A stretch of 64,000 bases of DNA from Neoechinorhynchus agilis (lineage: Eukaryota > Animalia > Acanthocephala): contig CM121343.1 in assembly GCA_051530055.1 (NCBI GenBank), positions 962,389-1,026,388 on the forward strand, in the 5' to 3' direction. A model generated the notes under the pieces. That model did not search any database, had not been told where the DNA came from, and worked only from the letters and a program-made list of their open reading frames with translations. Positions 1 to 11,157 of the stretch are shown here, one piece after another. Each line of letters starts with the position of its first letter. Positions within the stretch are counted from its first letter, which is position 1. The position numbers and the translations under genes were made by a program.

Positions 1-10
1 CGTTTTTATA

Positions 11-240
11 CCCTTTGGAGTGGAGACTCTTGGTGCGCTCGGTAGTTCGGCACTTAGATTTACGGAGTAGTTATCGAGTAGACTCCAGGCCAAGAAATGA
101 AATGCAAGAGCTGGTGCCTTCCTGCGCCAAACCATTGGTCTCGCGATCCAAAGAGGAAACGCAGCGAGTGTGGTCGCGACCACTGAGGGGAGAGCAATGC
201 CTCTTCTTCGTGGACGGTGGTGATTGTTGAAACGTTTTGT
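11..240 (+). mobile_element. 3' fragment of CRE-clade non-LTR retrotransposon (RLE endonuclease C-terminus), decayed
   Basis: Translates as PFGVETLGALGSSAL...RAGAFLRQTIGLAIQRGNAASVVATTEGRAMPLLRGRW* with internal stops; matches the C-terminus of the CRE ORF at 14004-14819 (FGVETYGALGSSAL...LRQNISLAVQRGNAASV...GRW*). Confidence 0.8.
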
Positions 241-661
241 TGTTGTGTGTAAATGAAAGAGTTGCTTTCAAAAAAGGAAACAAAATTTTAGTTTTAACAT
301 TACGTAAAAAATTTCTTTTAAAACTCAATGCTGCGCGTTGTATCGTAGGAAATGATAATCTAATAAATCAAAGTCGATAAACGTGCGACGTTTTATCTGA
401 ACGAGATGAGTATTCGAGGTAAAATTATAATCTTACATTATAAAACTGATTTTTTGCACTTATAAAATTGATAGAGTCCAAGAGTCGTCCACAATTGGAT
501 AAAAATGCTTGATTGTTATGAATGAAATGGTTAACAGAATCTACGCATGTAATTTATAGTTTTTCAGCTATTATTTGCCTTCAATACCAAAAACGAACAT
601 TGTAAATGAGGGTGAGATATATGACAAAGATAGGACGGAGCATGTTAAAACCGACACATAC

Positions 662-900
662 CACGCTGATTAGCTGATGGAAGCCTATTCCTAAGTTTGC
701 TCGGAACGTTTCATTGTGGTATCGAACCGGTCTCAAAAGTGGATTGTAATTCTTTAATAGTTTTTCTTGTAGTTTTTCTTCGTGATAAGATGTATTTCCT
801 ACAATAGAATGTAGCGGCATTTATATTGCATTTTAAACTGACCGATTCCTATCGTGCCCATGAAAATGAGCATCATGATTACGTGAGACATTTGCCCCAT
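662..900 (-). CDS. Cys-loop ligand-gated ion channel (nicotinic acetylcholine receptor-type) subunit, first two exons only
   Basis: Exon 843-900 encodes a hydrophobic signal peptide (MGQMSHVIMMLIFMGTIG); 44-nt GT-AG intron 799-842; exon 662-798 gives GNTSYHEEKLQEKLLKNYNPLLRPVRYHNETFRANLGIGFHQLISV, matching the nAChR N-terminal pattern (E..L...LL..YN...RPV...............QLI.V); donor gtatgt at 661. No further exon found in the window. Confidence 0.75.
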
Positions 901-1034
901 TTCGACGTCTTTAGTTCCTGTGCATTTCCCTCCGCTACCGCATGCCACAGAAAGCGAATTTCGCATAATGATCGCAAAATAAGGAGCGCAGTCTCATTGT
1001 AGAGATCCCAATGCCGTGGTGGTTTATCGAGCAT

Positions 1035-1925
1035 TTAGAGGAGTGCACCCAATGCAACTTCAAGCTCTTCCTTCATCGATTTTACCTTTCCTTTTTCGCT
1101 TTCCAGTAGACCCTCAATCTCCTCATTTTGCCGTTTAAATTTATACGCTGCTCTTTCCGCTTTCTCTTTAAAGCGTTCGGATCTCTCAACCGTCGCCGTC
1201 AGCTGCTTTACTTGCTGCTCCAGTTGAGCTTCCCGATTGTTCATTTGTGCTGCATTGTTCTTCAAAGATTGGTTTTCTTCCTTTAAAATCTTGGATTCAT
1301 CTCTTAATTTACTTAGCTCATTCTCGGTGTACGTTAAGCGTCCTACACTTTTCTCAAGCTCCACTTCGGCAATTTTTAGTTTTCTGCACAAGTCGTCACA
1401 ATTGTCGGACAACTTCGATGACCGTTCCATTTCCGTATTAAGCCGAGTTTGCAGGACATCCACTTTTTGGGTCAATTCAATAGAATGCTTTTCGAAAACT
1501 TGAAGTGATAACCGGTTTTGTTCGCTTTTTCCAACCAGTTCCTCGATTTGCAACTGACTTTTGTCAAATTTTAACTCTAGTTCAGACATTTGGTTTTCAA
1601 GCAAAAGTTTCTGTCGACGGGTGGATTCGAGTTCGAGTTCAAGGTGATTCACATGCGCATCTCGACTTGTAAGCTTTCGATCCAATGTCTCAACTTTTAG
1701 TTCGGCATCAGTTGCAGCCTTGATCGCTTGCTTAAGTTCATTTGTTAACTTGTTTATTTTGTCATTGCTGTCATTAAGGCCATTCTCCAGCATTTTCTGC
1801 TTATCACGATTCTTGACCGAATCCTCCAGTGCTTGATCCCTCTCCATTTTGAGTGCTTGCATCTTTTGCTTTATTGATTCCATTGCGATCGATGTTGTCG
1901 AACCTGTAGCTTGCGTTGTTGCCAT
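1035..1925 (-). CDS. Tropomyosin-like coiled-coil protein, single exon
   Basis: 296-aa ORF; from Met15 (1883) MESIKQKMQALKMERDQAL resembles the tropomyosin N-terminus MDAIKKKMQAMKLEKD; 282 aa from Met15, close to the canonical 284 aa; proline-free heptad-rich sequence. Confidence 0.75.
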   Translation of the reverse strand: MATTQATGSTTSIAMESIKQKMQALKMERDQALEDSVKNRDKQKMLENGLNDSNDKINKLTNELKQAIKAATDAELKVETLDRKLTSRDAHVNHLELELESTRRQKLLLENQMSELELKFDKSQLQIEELVGKSEQNRLSLQVFEKHSIELTQKVDVLQTRLNTEMERSSKLSDNCDDLCRKLKIAEVELEKSVGRLTYTENELSKLRDESKILKEENQSLKNNAAQMNNREAQLEQQVKQLTATVERSERFKEKAERAAYKFKRQNEEIEGLLESEKGKVKSMKEELEVALGALL

Positions 1926-2320
1926 TTTAGATGAAAAAGTAATTATGATGAATCAAGTTGCGAATTGAAAGTTTTAAATTGGTGCTAAGGAATGTACCAC
2001 CTTTACAGTTTTAAAATGGGCGTCGTCATCAGTCTCTCACTCATTCACACCTATCTTCGCTATGTTCGCTGATTCATCCTTTCAACGTTTTCCCCTTTAA
2101 CAGTTTTCAACCAGAAAATCGACGCTTACATAATTAAAAAGTGCAGTCTTAGCTTAAGTATTCCCTCTGAGATTAATTTTATTAAGTCAATATCTCGAAC
2201 TTCATCAGGAGATTACGAAAATAGCATTAAAAAACTCCTCAAATTGGATTTTTTAAATTCCTAATCATTTAAATCTTTTTAGCATGTTAATTCCCATTAT
2301 AGAATATATATTTGCCATTG

Positions 2321-2547
2321 TTAAATTGATATTTGGCGCAACTAAAGAATCATAGATTAATGTCATGAAGTGTTTTAGATAGGCTGAAAATTAATTTATT
2401 AAACGATTACAATTTATTCCTGTGAACTTCTTGACGTTGCCAGTAGACTGGCAGCGTTCCCTTGCTGTATCGCAAAGGCTCCAGGGACGAAATAATAGGT
2501 CCTTAAAAGCTCCTATAATTCTTTAGTTGCGCCAAATATCAATTTAA
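2321..2547. mobile_element. MITE-like element with 30-bp perfect terminal inverted repeats
   Basis: TTAAATTGATATTTGGCGCAACTAAAGAAT (2321-2350) is the exact reverse complement of 2518-2547; both ends are TTAA; interior carries a minus-strand CRE tail fragment (AFAIQQGNAASLLATS, ~2430-2500). Confidence 0.6.
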
Positions 2548-3359
2548 TTCCCATTATACAACGTAATAGCGCATTATCCGCATCTTTTAAAATAATCATT
2601 CTAACCATTTTTTACCAAAGGAATCTTGTTTACAGTGCCCATTCCTTGACATATTAATAGTTAATCCGTTTTCATCTTATCGCCTTGAACAGAATACAAT
2701 TCAAGGCATGCCAAAAGGCAAGAGTTTTAGAAAATCTTTGCCTGGATACTTTCTTCAATCTTGGTGCGGACACCATGGAGGTTAAATAAATTTTTCATAC
2801 AGCATCATCTAAAAGTGCATTGATCAACAACAACAACAACAACAATTTATTCGTACAGGAACGATTGATTTTCTTGACTCCGGATTGACGGGCGCTGATT
2901 CGCAAGTTCAATTGCGAAATTTAATTATTTTTGAATCACTCTTTGCTCGCAACTCAGATCTTGAACTTCCTTGTACACAAACAATTTAACCGCACACTCT
3001 TTAACAATGATGACCCAGACGGAAAATCCAACGAAGTTTGTCGACGATCTCATCAGCCCCCACAAATAGTTTTGTTCAGCAAGAGTTATTGCCATTTCTC
3101 TCTTCTGGTAAGAATATTTTGAAGTAGCTTCAGTTTAATGAACGTTGAAATAGTCGATTTTAACCAATTCGAGCAGTGGAAGGACATTCAGGATTATCTC
3201 TTTAATATCTACGATTCGAGTCTGCCAGCAACCAGAATTTTCTTAAATCAGAAATGCATTGGAGGCGGCGTTGAAATTCTTTTTTGGAGATAATCAGCGA
3301 AATCGAACCCCGATCGAGGAAAATCTAAATGAGAAAAAGGAGAATACAAAAAAATCAAT

Positions 3360-3506
3360 CGATTAATTGCTTAAGATTCACAAAATCGTAATGTTTGGTA
3401 AGAGCCTGGCATGTCTTCGTACGTCGTTAAGAGCGTATTAAATCGATATCAAATCGGAGATGAAAATATCATTAAATTTAATCAAATTGAAAACTGCAGA
3501 TAGATA
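3360..3506 (+). pseudogene. Glutaredoxin pseudogene, N-terminal fragment
   Basis: Translates ID*LLKIHKIVMFGKS then frameshifts into SYVVKSVLNRYQIGDENIIKFNQIENCR*; resembles Grx HKVVVFSKSYCPYC; 3399-3506 is an inverted near-copy of 16635-16742. Confidence 0.5.
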
Positions 3507-4716
3507 TTCTCACCAAATAAATTGTTGCAAAAGTTGGATAAGACACAGGAAAACCGAGCGTTACTTCGCCAGTTTCTATCAAAAGACAGAATAGAAACCG
3601 AATTAAACGTTCAACAAAGGAGATATGAAGACAACGGCAAGAATGCGACATGCGAATGTTTTGAGCAACTTAGGAACATGTAAGACTTTTTTTAAACAAT
3701 ACTCTACTCATTTTGGTTGTTTTACTGTCCAGTGTGGCAGATAAGGTGCTAGAAAATGAGAGAAAAACCGAAGAGCGAATAAATGCAATGGACCATATAA
3801 ATATAGAACAGTGTGTCAAATATTTTGTGGACATACTGATGATGAACATTAAAAAAACATTGGTTCGAGCTGGCCTCGAAGACGATTCGGTGAGTGCAAG
3901 CGAAGGGAGAGTGCTGCTCGGCGGTAACTTTGCGGGCTTTTAGGCGAAATCCCAAAGAGAAATACATAAAATTTCCTGGCAAAATGGTGACCATAAGAAG
4001 GGACCATTCTTTAACCAGTATTTTAAATTTTTATATTTAAAAGTTTAAAGCTACAATCACCCAATGGCTGGTTTGAACAACGATTTTTCAAAATAGCTAA
4101 TAACAAAATACATTAAAAAATATTGATGATAATTTAGAGTGCTAAAGAAAAGTGATATAAAGTATCAGTTGTTTTTGATCCTTTTGAGAAAAATCAGTAA
4201 AAATCATTAGGTTTTCGGTCTTTTATCTTCTTCTTTAGCCGAATAGCGAAGCGACCTTTAAAGACATGGCATTATGGGCATTGGAAAAGATGAAATTATT
4301 GCGACAAAAAGCTCTCGAGCAAGGTCTTGACGAATCCATTGATTACTCATTTGAAAATGTTTTGAAAGTAAGCAAAAACCTACCTTCCGTTTTAACGCAT
4401 TAATGAATAAAAATAATAGATATTAAATGAAAGAAATGAGAAATCACCTGTCGAGGAAATGGTTGCCGGAGAAGCTACTATGGCCAATCCAATGCAATAT
4501 ATTTTAGAAATAACTCAGCAAGATGTGAACAAGATGCAAAAAGCTATGGAGAATATGAAGCTGGAAAAACCAAAAGAGAAAAGGAGGCAACATGCAGAAA
4601 CGGCCGGGAACCTACAAAGCGGCAAGATAAGTAATATTAAAGTACTTGATAAATCCTCAATCAAGAAAATGAATGAACCATTAAGTTATAAAAAAGACAA
4701 GAAGGCAACGAACTAA
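3507..4716 (+). pseudogene. Duplicated 3' half of the unidentified multi-exon gene at 11723-13880
   Basis: Contains the same exons and GT-AG introns (donors gtaaga ~3680, gtgagt ~3890, gtaagc ~4369) as the right arm but lacks the upstream exons. Confidence 0.45.
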
Positions 4717-4887
4717 TTTTTGCCGTAAAAAATGATCTTTATCGTTAGATTGTTTAAATCGGGAGTACAAAGAGACATTTGAATTTTAGATAACTTGGAC
4801 ATATTATTGTTATTGAGACAAAAATAAACCGTTAACCGACAGTAAAATTCTTATCACTGACAATTCCAAGCTCCTATTCATCAGCGC

Positions 4888-5000
4888 TGGCACGAATTTA
4901 CGCAGCGACTGGAGAGCAAAGATCGACGTCGTTCTTGGCGCAAAAAATAAGCATTGCGGTGCAGCGGGGCCATGCGGCTAGCATTTTGTCCAGCGCCGAT
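4888..5000 (+). mobile_element. CRE 3' tail fragment (also duplicated at ~11440-11550 minus and partly at 58915-58990 minus)
   Basis: Translates ARIYAATGEQRSTSFLAQKISIAVQRGHAASILSSADE*, the conserved RLE C-terminal L.Q.IS.AVQRG.AAS motif. Confidence 0.7.
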
Positions 5001-5281
5001 GAATAGGAGCGTTTAAGCATCTCGAATAAATAATTAATGATCTGATCGTACGCAAGAAATATTAGAGTTTTGAGATAGTTGTCTCTTGATGAGACATCAT
5101 CCGTCTTTGCAGTTATAAAGCCTCTCGGTCCTTTTCGGAACTTCATCTTTATATCCCGAGTAGGAGGAGTCCGATTGCGACTTGCTAAGCTCCTAAACAG
5201 CTCCATACTATACATCATCCGCCATGGCTTCATTAATAAAACGAAGAGGTCGTTTACTAGTGAGCTAAGGGAAGTGTTGAA

Positions 5282-6710
5282 CCTGGGCCTCCCTATGCAC
5301 TGATAAAGAAAAGATCAGACAAGATGGTGCCATTGGACTTGGCGACGAATCTTGAAGTAAGCGCAAAGAAAATAGTAACGACTTTTGGGGAAAATGGGGC
5401 TACGTCGCAGGTAATAAATGGTCTCTCAACAGTTTATGGAGAAACAAAATTACCGGACGTTGGTCGTAGAATGCATGGTAGTAACTTACTCAAGCAATAA
5501 AGTCAGTCGATACAGGAGCTTAAAATACGACCAAAGAAATCGTTATCCTAAAAGCGGACAAGGGAAATATAAAGGTAGCTCTGGAAAAAAAGAGGATCAC
5601 AATCAAAAAAATTGGTTTAATCGGGCACAGATACCTTTACTGAAACAAAGGGCCCCCTGCTAATAAGCTGACGAATAAGCTTATAAAACTTCAGAAGCAG
5701 TTCAAAGAGAAGGGATGCCTAAGCCAGGAAATATATAGACAGATATACCCAAGTGATCCAAGGATTCGGAAGATCTATGGTCTGCCAAAAATACACAAAG
5801 AAGGATGTCCCCTGAGACCGATCGTATCAATGAATGTCAGTTTCAATTATGATTTGGGAAAGTTCTTGATTAAGTAGCTGCCAATGTGAAGAATTCGAGG
5901 GAATTCGTCGAGAAACTGAGGGAGACCAACATCAAGGAAAAATGTACAATTTTCACAATGGATGTGGTATCCCTCTATACCAATGAATGCGTCGAGGATG
6001 CCATAAATGGGGCGACCCCACACCTCCTTTCGGTTCTTCAGAGAATTGACCCGAAAACACATCTCAAGAATCTGCTTGAGTTGGCCTGCGCGCCACGTTT
6101 TGAGTTCAATGGAAAGTATTATCTTCAAAAATGGGAGGAGGGTATCCATGGCTTCACAAAATGCCCCAGTTATGGCTAATCTCTTTATGGATCACTTGGA
6201 AAAAAGCGGAATGGAATCCTACGCAATTAAACCGGTCTACAACAAAAGATATGTAGATGATATATTCGTGATTTGGCCGGTAACGAACAATGTGCTAACC
6301 ATTTCATGGAACATCTCAACCGCCAACATAATGGAATCAAATCCACTATGAATAGGTCCGATGAAAATGGAAGGTTGTCGTTTCAAGATGTGTTGATTCA
6401 AAAAATGGAACACAAATTACAACATCGGTCAATTGAAAGCCAACTGATTCAAATAATTATATACGGTGGATGCTCAAAGGTTTCCTTCGTCGTGCCTACA
6501 ACCTCTACAATAATGAGTGTCTCAGTGATGAAAACCAACAGTTTAAACGAATTTTCAGGAAGTTGCGGTATCCAAAAGATATTCCGAATTCAGCGCGACG
6601 GCAAGTGGCCCGTGCGAGAAACACCCAGTAAACAAAAAACCATTAATCCGAATGGAATGTATCAGCGCATTGGAGTGTCGGACAAAGGCCAGCAGGACGA
6701 ATACGATTGA
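5282..6710 (+). mobile_element. Penelope-like element reverse transcriptase remnant (Penelope/Poseidon type), frameshifted
   Basis: Motifs across frames: IVILKADKGN, IYGLPKIHKEGCPLRPIVS, MDVVSLYTN, SMASQNAPVMANLFMDHLE, RYVDDIFVIWP, LSFQDVLI; truncated at the 118-bp array. Confidence 0.85.
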
Positions 6711-6714
6711 GGCT

Positions 6715-9700
6715 TACTAAGCCCCTAACCAGCTCCCGATTATACACAATCCGTCTTTACAGTAATGAAGCCTCCTCGCAATGTTCGAGCAATCATTTGT
6801 GTATCTCGAACGAAACGAATCCGAACGCTGCTTCCTAAGCTCTTAACCAGCTACCGATTATAAATCATCCGCCTTTACAGTTATGAAGCCTCCTCGCAAT
6901 GTTCGAGCAATCATTTGTGTATCTCGAACAAAACGAATCCGAATGCTGCTTCCTAAGCTCTTAACCAGCTACCGATTATAAATCATCCACCTTTACAGTT
7001 ATGAAGCCTCCTCGCAATGTTCGAGCAATCATTTGTGTATCTCGAACAAAACGAATCCGAATGCGCTCCTAGCTCTTAACCAGCTACCGATTATACATCA
7101 TCCGCCTTTACAGTTATGAAGCCTCCTCGCAATGTTCGAGCAAATTTGTGTATCTCGAACAAAACGAATCCGAATGCTGCTTCCTAAGCTCTTAACCAGC
7201 TACCGATTATACATCATCCGCCTTTACAGTTATGAAGCCTCCTCGCAATGTTCGAGCAATCATTTGTGTATCTCGAACAAAACGAATCCGAATGCTGCTT
7301 CCTAAGCTCTTAACCAGCTACCATTATACATCATCCGCCTTTACAGTTATCAAGCCTCGCCCTTCGAAGATTAATTTGAGTATCTCGAACAAAGCGAATC
7401 CGAATGCTGCTTCCTAAGCTCTTAACCAGCTACCGATTATAAATCATCCGCCTTTACAGTTATGAAGCCTCCTCGCAATGTTCGAGCAATCATTTGTGTA
7501 TCTCGAACAAAACGAATCCGAATGCTGCTTCCTAAGCTCTTAACCAGCTACCGATTATACATCATCCGCCTTTACAGTTATGAAGCCTCCTCGCAATTTT
7601 CGAAGATTAATTTGTGTATCTCGAACAAAGCGAATCCGAATGCTGCTTCCTAAGCTCTTAACCAGCTACCGATTATAAATCATCCACCTATACAGTTATG
7701 AAGCCTCCTCGCAATGTTCGAGCAATCATTTGTGTATCTCGAACAAAACGAATCCGAATGCTGCTTCCTAAGCTCTTAACCAGCTACCGATTATACATCA
7801 TCCACCTTTACAGTTATCAAGCCTCCTCGCCCTTCTCGAAGATTAATTTGTGTATCTCGAACAAAACGAATCCGAATGCGGCTTCCTAAGCTCTTAACCA
7901 GCTACCGATTATACATCATCCACCTTTACAGTTATCAAGCCTCCTCGCCCTTCTCGAAGATTAATTTGAGTATCTCGAACAAAACGAATCCGAATGCCGC
8001 TTCCTAAGCTCTTTACCAGCTTCCGATTATACATCATCCGCCTTTACAGTTATGAAGCCTCCTCGCAATGTTCGAGCAATCATTTGTGTATCTCGAACAA
8101 AGCGAATCCGAATGCGGCTTCCTAAGCTCTTAACCAGCTACCGATTATACATCATCCGCCTTTACAGTTATGAAGCCTCCTCGCAATGTTCGAGCAATCA
8201 TTTGTGTATCTCGAACAAAACGAATCCGAATGCGGCTTCCTAAGCTCTTAACCAGCTACCGATTATACATCATCCACCTTTACAGTTATGAAGCCTCCTC
8301 GCAATTTTCGAGCAATCATTTGTGTATCTCGAACAAAACGAATCCGAATGCGGCTTCCTAAGCTCTTAACCAGCTACCGATTATACATCATCCGCCTTTA
8401 CAGTTATGAAGCCTCCTCGCAATGTTCGAGCAATCATTTGTGTATCTCGAACAAAACGAATCCGAGTGCGGCTTCCTAAGCTCTTAACCAGCTACCGATT
8501 ATACATCATCCACCTTTACAGTTATCAAGCCTCCTCGCCCTTCTCGAAGATTAATTTGAGTATCTCGAACAAAACGAATCCGAATGCTGCTTCCTAAGCT
8601 CTTAACCAGCTACCGATTATACATCATCCGCCTTTACAGTTATGAAGCCTCCTCGCAATGTTCGAGCAATCATTTGTGTATCTCGAACAAAACGAATCCG
8701 AATGCGGCTTCCTAAGCTCTTAACCAGCTACCGATTATACATCATCCCTTACAGTTATGAAGCCTCCTCGCCCTTTCGAAGATTAATTTGTGTATCTCGA
8801 ACAAAGCGAATCCGAATGCGGCTTCCTAAGCCTTACCAGCTACCGATTATACATCATCCGCCTTTACAGTTATGAAGCCTCCTCGCAATGTTCGAGCAAT
8901 CATTTGTGTATCTCGAACAAAACGAATCCGAATGCGGCTTCCTAAGCTCTTAACCAGCTACCGATTATACATCATCCGACTTTACAGTTATGAAGCCTCC
9001 TCGCAATGTTCGAGCAATCATTTGTGTATCTCGAACAAAACGAATCCGAGTGCGGCTTCCTAAGCTCTTAACCAGCTACCGATTATACATCATCCGCCTT
9101 TACAGTTATGAAGCCTCCTCGCAATTTTCGAGCAATCATTTGTGTATCTCGAACAAAACGAATCCGAATGCTGCTTCCTAAGCTCTTAACCAGCTACCGA
9201 TTATACATCATCCGCCTTTACAGTTATGAAGCCTCCTCGCAATGTTCGAGCAATCATTTGTGTATCTCGAACAAAACGAATCCGAGTGCGGCTTCCTAAG
9301 CTCTTAACCAGCTACCGATTATACATCATCCACCTTTACAGTTATGAAGCCTCCTCGCAATTTTCGAAGAATCATTTGTGTATCTCGAACAAAACGAATC
9401 CGAATGCTGCTTCCTAAGCTCTTAACCAGCTACCGATTATACATCATCCGCCTTTACAGTTATGAAGCCTCCTCGCAATGTTCGAGCAATCATTTGTGTA
9501 TCTCGAACAAAACGAATCCGAATGCGGCTTCCTAAGCTCTTAACCAGCTACCGATTATACATCATCCGCCTTTACAGTTATGAAGCCTCCTCGCAATTTT
9601 CGAAGATTAATTTGTGTATCTCGAACAAAACGAATCCGAATGCTGCTTCCTAAGCTCTTAACCAGCTACCGATTATACATCATCCGCCTTTACAGTTATG

Positions 9701-11157
9701 AAGCCTCCTCGCAATGTTCGAGCAATCATTTGTGTATCTCGAACAAAACGAATCCGAATGCGGCTTCCTAAGCTCTTAACCAGCTACCGATTATACATCA
9801 TCCGCCTTTACAGTTATGAAGCCTCCTCGCCCTTCTCGAAGATTAATTTGAGTATCTCGAACAAAGCGAATCCGAATGCGGCTTCCTAAGCTCTTTACCA
9901 GCTTCCGATTATACATCATCCGCCTTTACAGTTATGAAGCCTCCTCGCAATGTTCGAGCAATCATTTGTGTATCTCGAACAAAACGAATCCGAGTGCGGC
10001 TTCCTAAGCTCTTAACCAGCTACCGATTATACATCATCCGCCTTTACAGTTATGAAGCCTCCTCGCCCTTCTCGAAGATTAATTTGTGTATCTCGAACAA
10101 AGCGAATCCGAATGCGGCTTCCTAAGCTCTTAACCAGCTACCGATTATACATCATCCGCCTTTACAGTTATGAAGCCTCCTCGCAATGTTCGAGCAATCA
10201 TTTGTGTATCTCGAACAAAACGAATCCGAATGCTGCTTCCTAAGCTCTTAACCAGCTACCGATTATACATCATCCGCCTTTACAGTTATGAAGCCTCCTC
10301 GCAATGTTCGAGCAATCATTTGTGTATCTCGAACAAAACGAATCCGAATGCGGCTTCCTAAGCTCTTAACCAGCTACCGATTATACATCATCCACCTTTA
10401 CAGTTATCAAGCCTCCTCGCCCTTCTCGAAGATTAATTTGTGTATCTCGAACAAAACGAATCCGAATGCTGCTTCCTAAGCTCTTAACCAGCTACCGATT
10501 ATACATCATCCACCTTTACAGTTATCAAGCCTCCTCGCCCTTCTCGAAGATTAATTTGTGTATCTCGAACAAAGCGAATCCGAATGCTGCTTCCTAAGCT
10601 CTTAACCAGCTACCGATTATACATCATCCGCCTTTACAGTTATGAAGCCTCCTCGCAATGTTCGAGCAATCATTTGTGTATCTCGAACAAAACGAATCCG
10701 AGTGCGGCTTCCTAAGCTCTTAACCAGCTACCGATTATACATCATCCACCTTTACAGTTATCAAGCCTCCTCGCCCTTCTCGAATTAATTTGTGTATCTC
10801 GAACAAAGCGAATCCGAATGCCGCTTCCTAAGCTCTTAACCACCTACCGATTATACATCATCCGCCTTTACAGTTATGAAGCCTCCTCGCAATGTCCGAG
10901 CAATCATTTGTGTATCTCGAACGAAACGAATCCGAATGCCGCTTCCTATGCTCTTAACCAGCTACCGATTATACATCATCCGCCTTTACAGTTATGAAGC
11001 CTCCTCGCGATGTTCGAGCAATCATTTGTGTATCTCGAACAAAACGAATCCAAATGCGGCTTTCTTAGCTTTTAACCACCTACCGATTATACATTATCCG
11101 CCTTTACAGTTATGAAGCCTCGTCGCACTGTTCGAGCAATCATTTGTGTATCTCGAA
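6715..11157. repeat. 118-bp tandem satellite array, ~37-38 monomers, two interspersed variants
   Basis: ORF starts recur at 118-bp multiples (8052, 8170, 8288, 8406...); variant A tcgcaatgttcgagcaatcatttg versus variant B tcgcccttctcgaagattaatttg. Confidence 0.97.

Larger units (their letters stand above)
3507..5281 (+). repeat. Left arm of ~1.78 kb inverted duplication (mate 11158-12934)
   Basis: Near-identical reverse complement of 11158-12934; ORF pairs 3713/12728, 4459/11980 and 4898/11541 translate almost identically. Confidence 0.95.

Noticed and set aside
211-237. Recurrent motif GGACGGTGGTGATTG as an snRNA or U3-like RNA
   Set aside because: It is the GRW-stop end of the CRE ORF in every copy.
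3410-3943. Tc1/IS630-like HTH and C-terminal helix in the left arm
   Set aside because: Better explained by a glutaredoxin fragment plus spliced exons of the unknown gene; no DDE motif.
4211-4255. Similarity to the left arm of the permuted-hammerhead element
   Set aside because: A pyrimidine-rich intron 3' end; low-complexity match with no ribozyme nearby.
7232-11115. Dozens of 61-79 aa ORFs MKPPRNVRAIICVS...
   Set aside because: Artefacts of the 118-bp satellite; the period is not a multiple of 3 and there is no coding signature.
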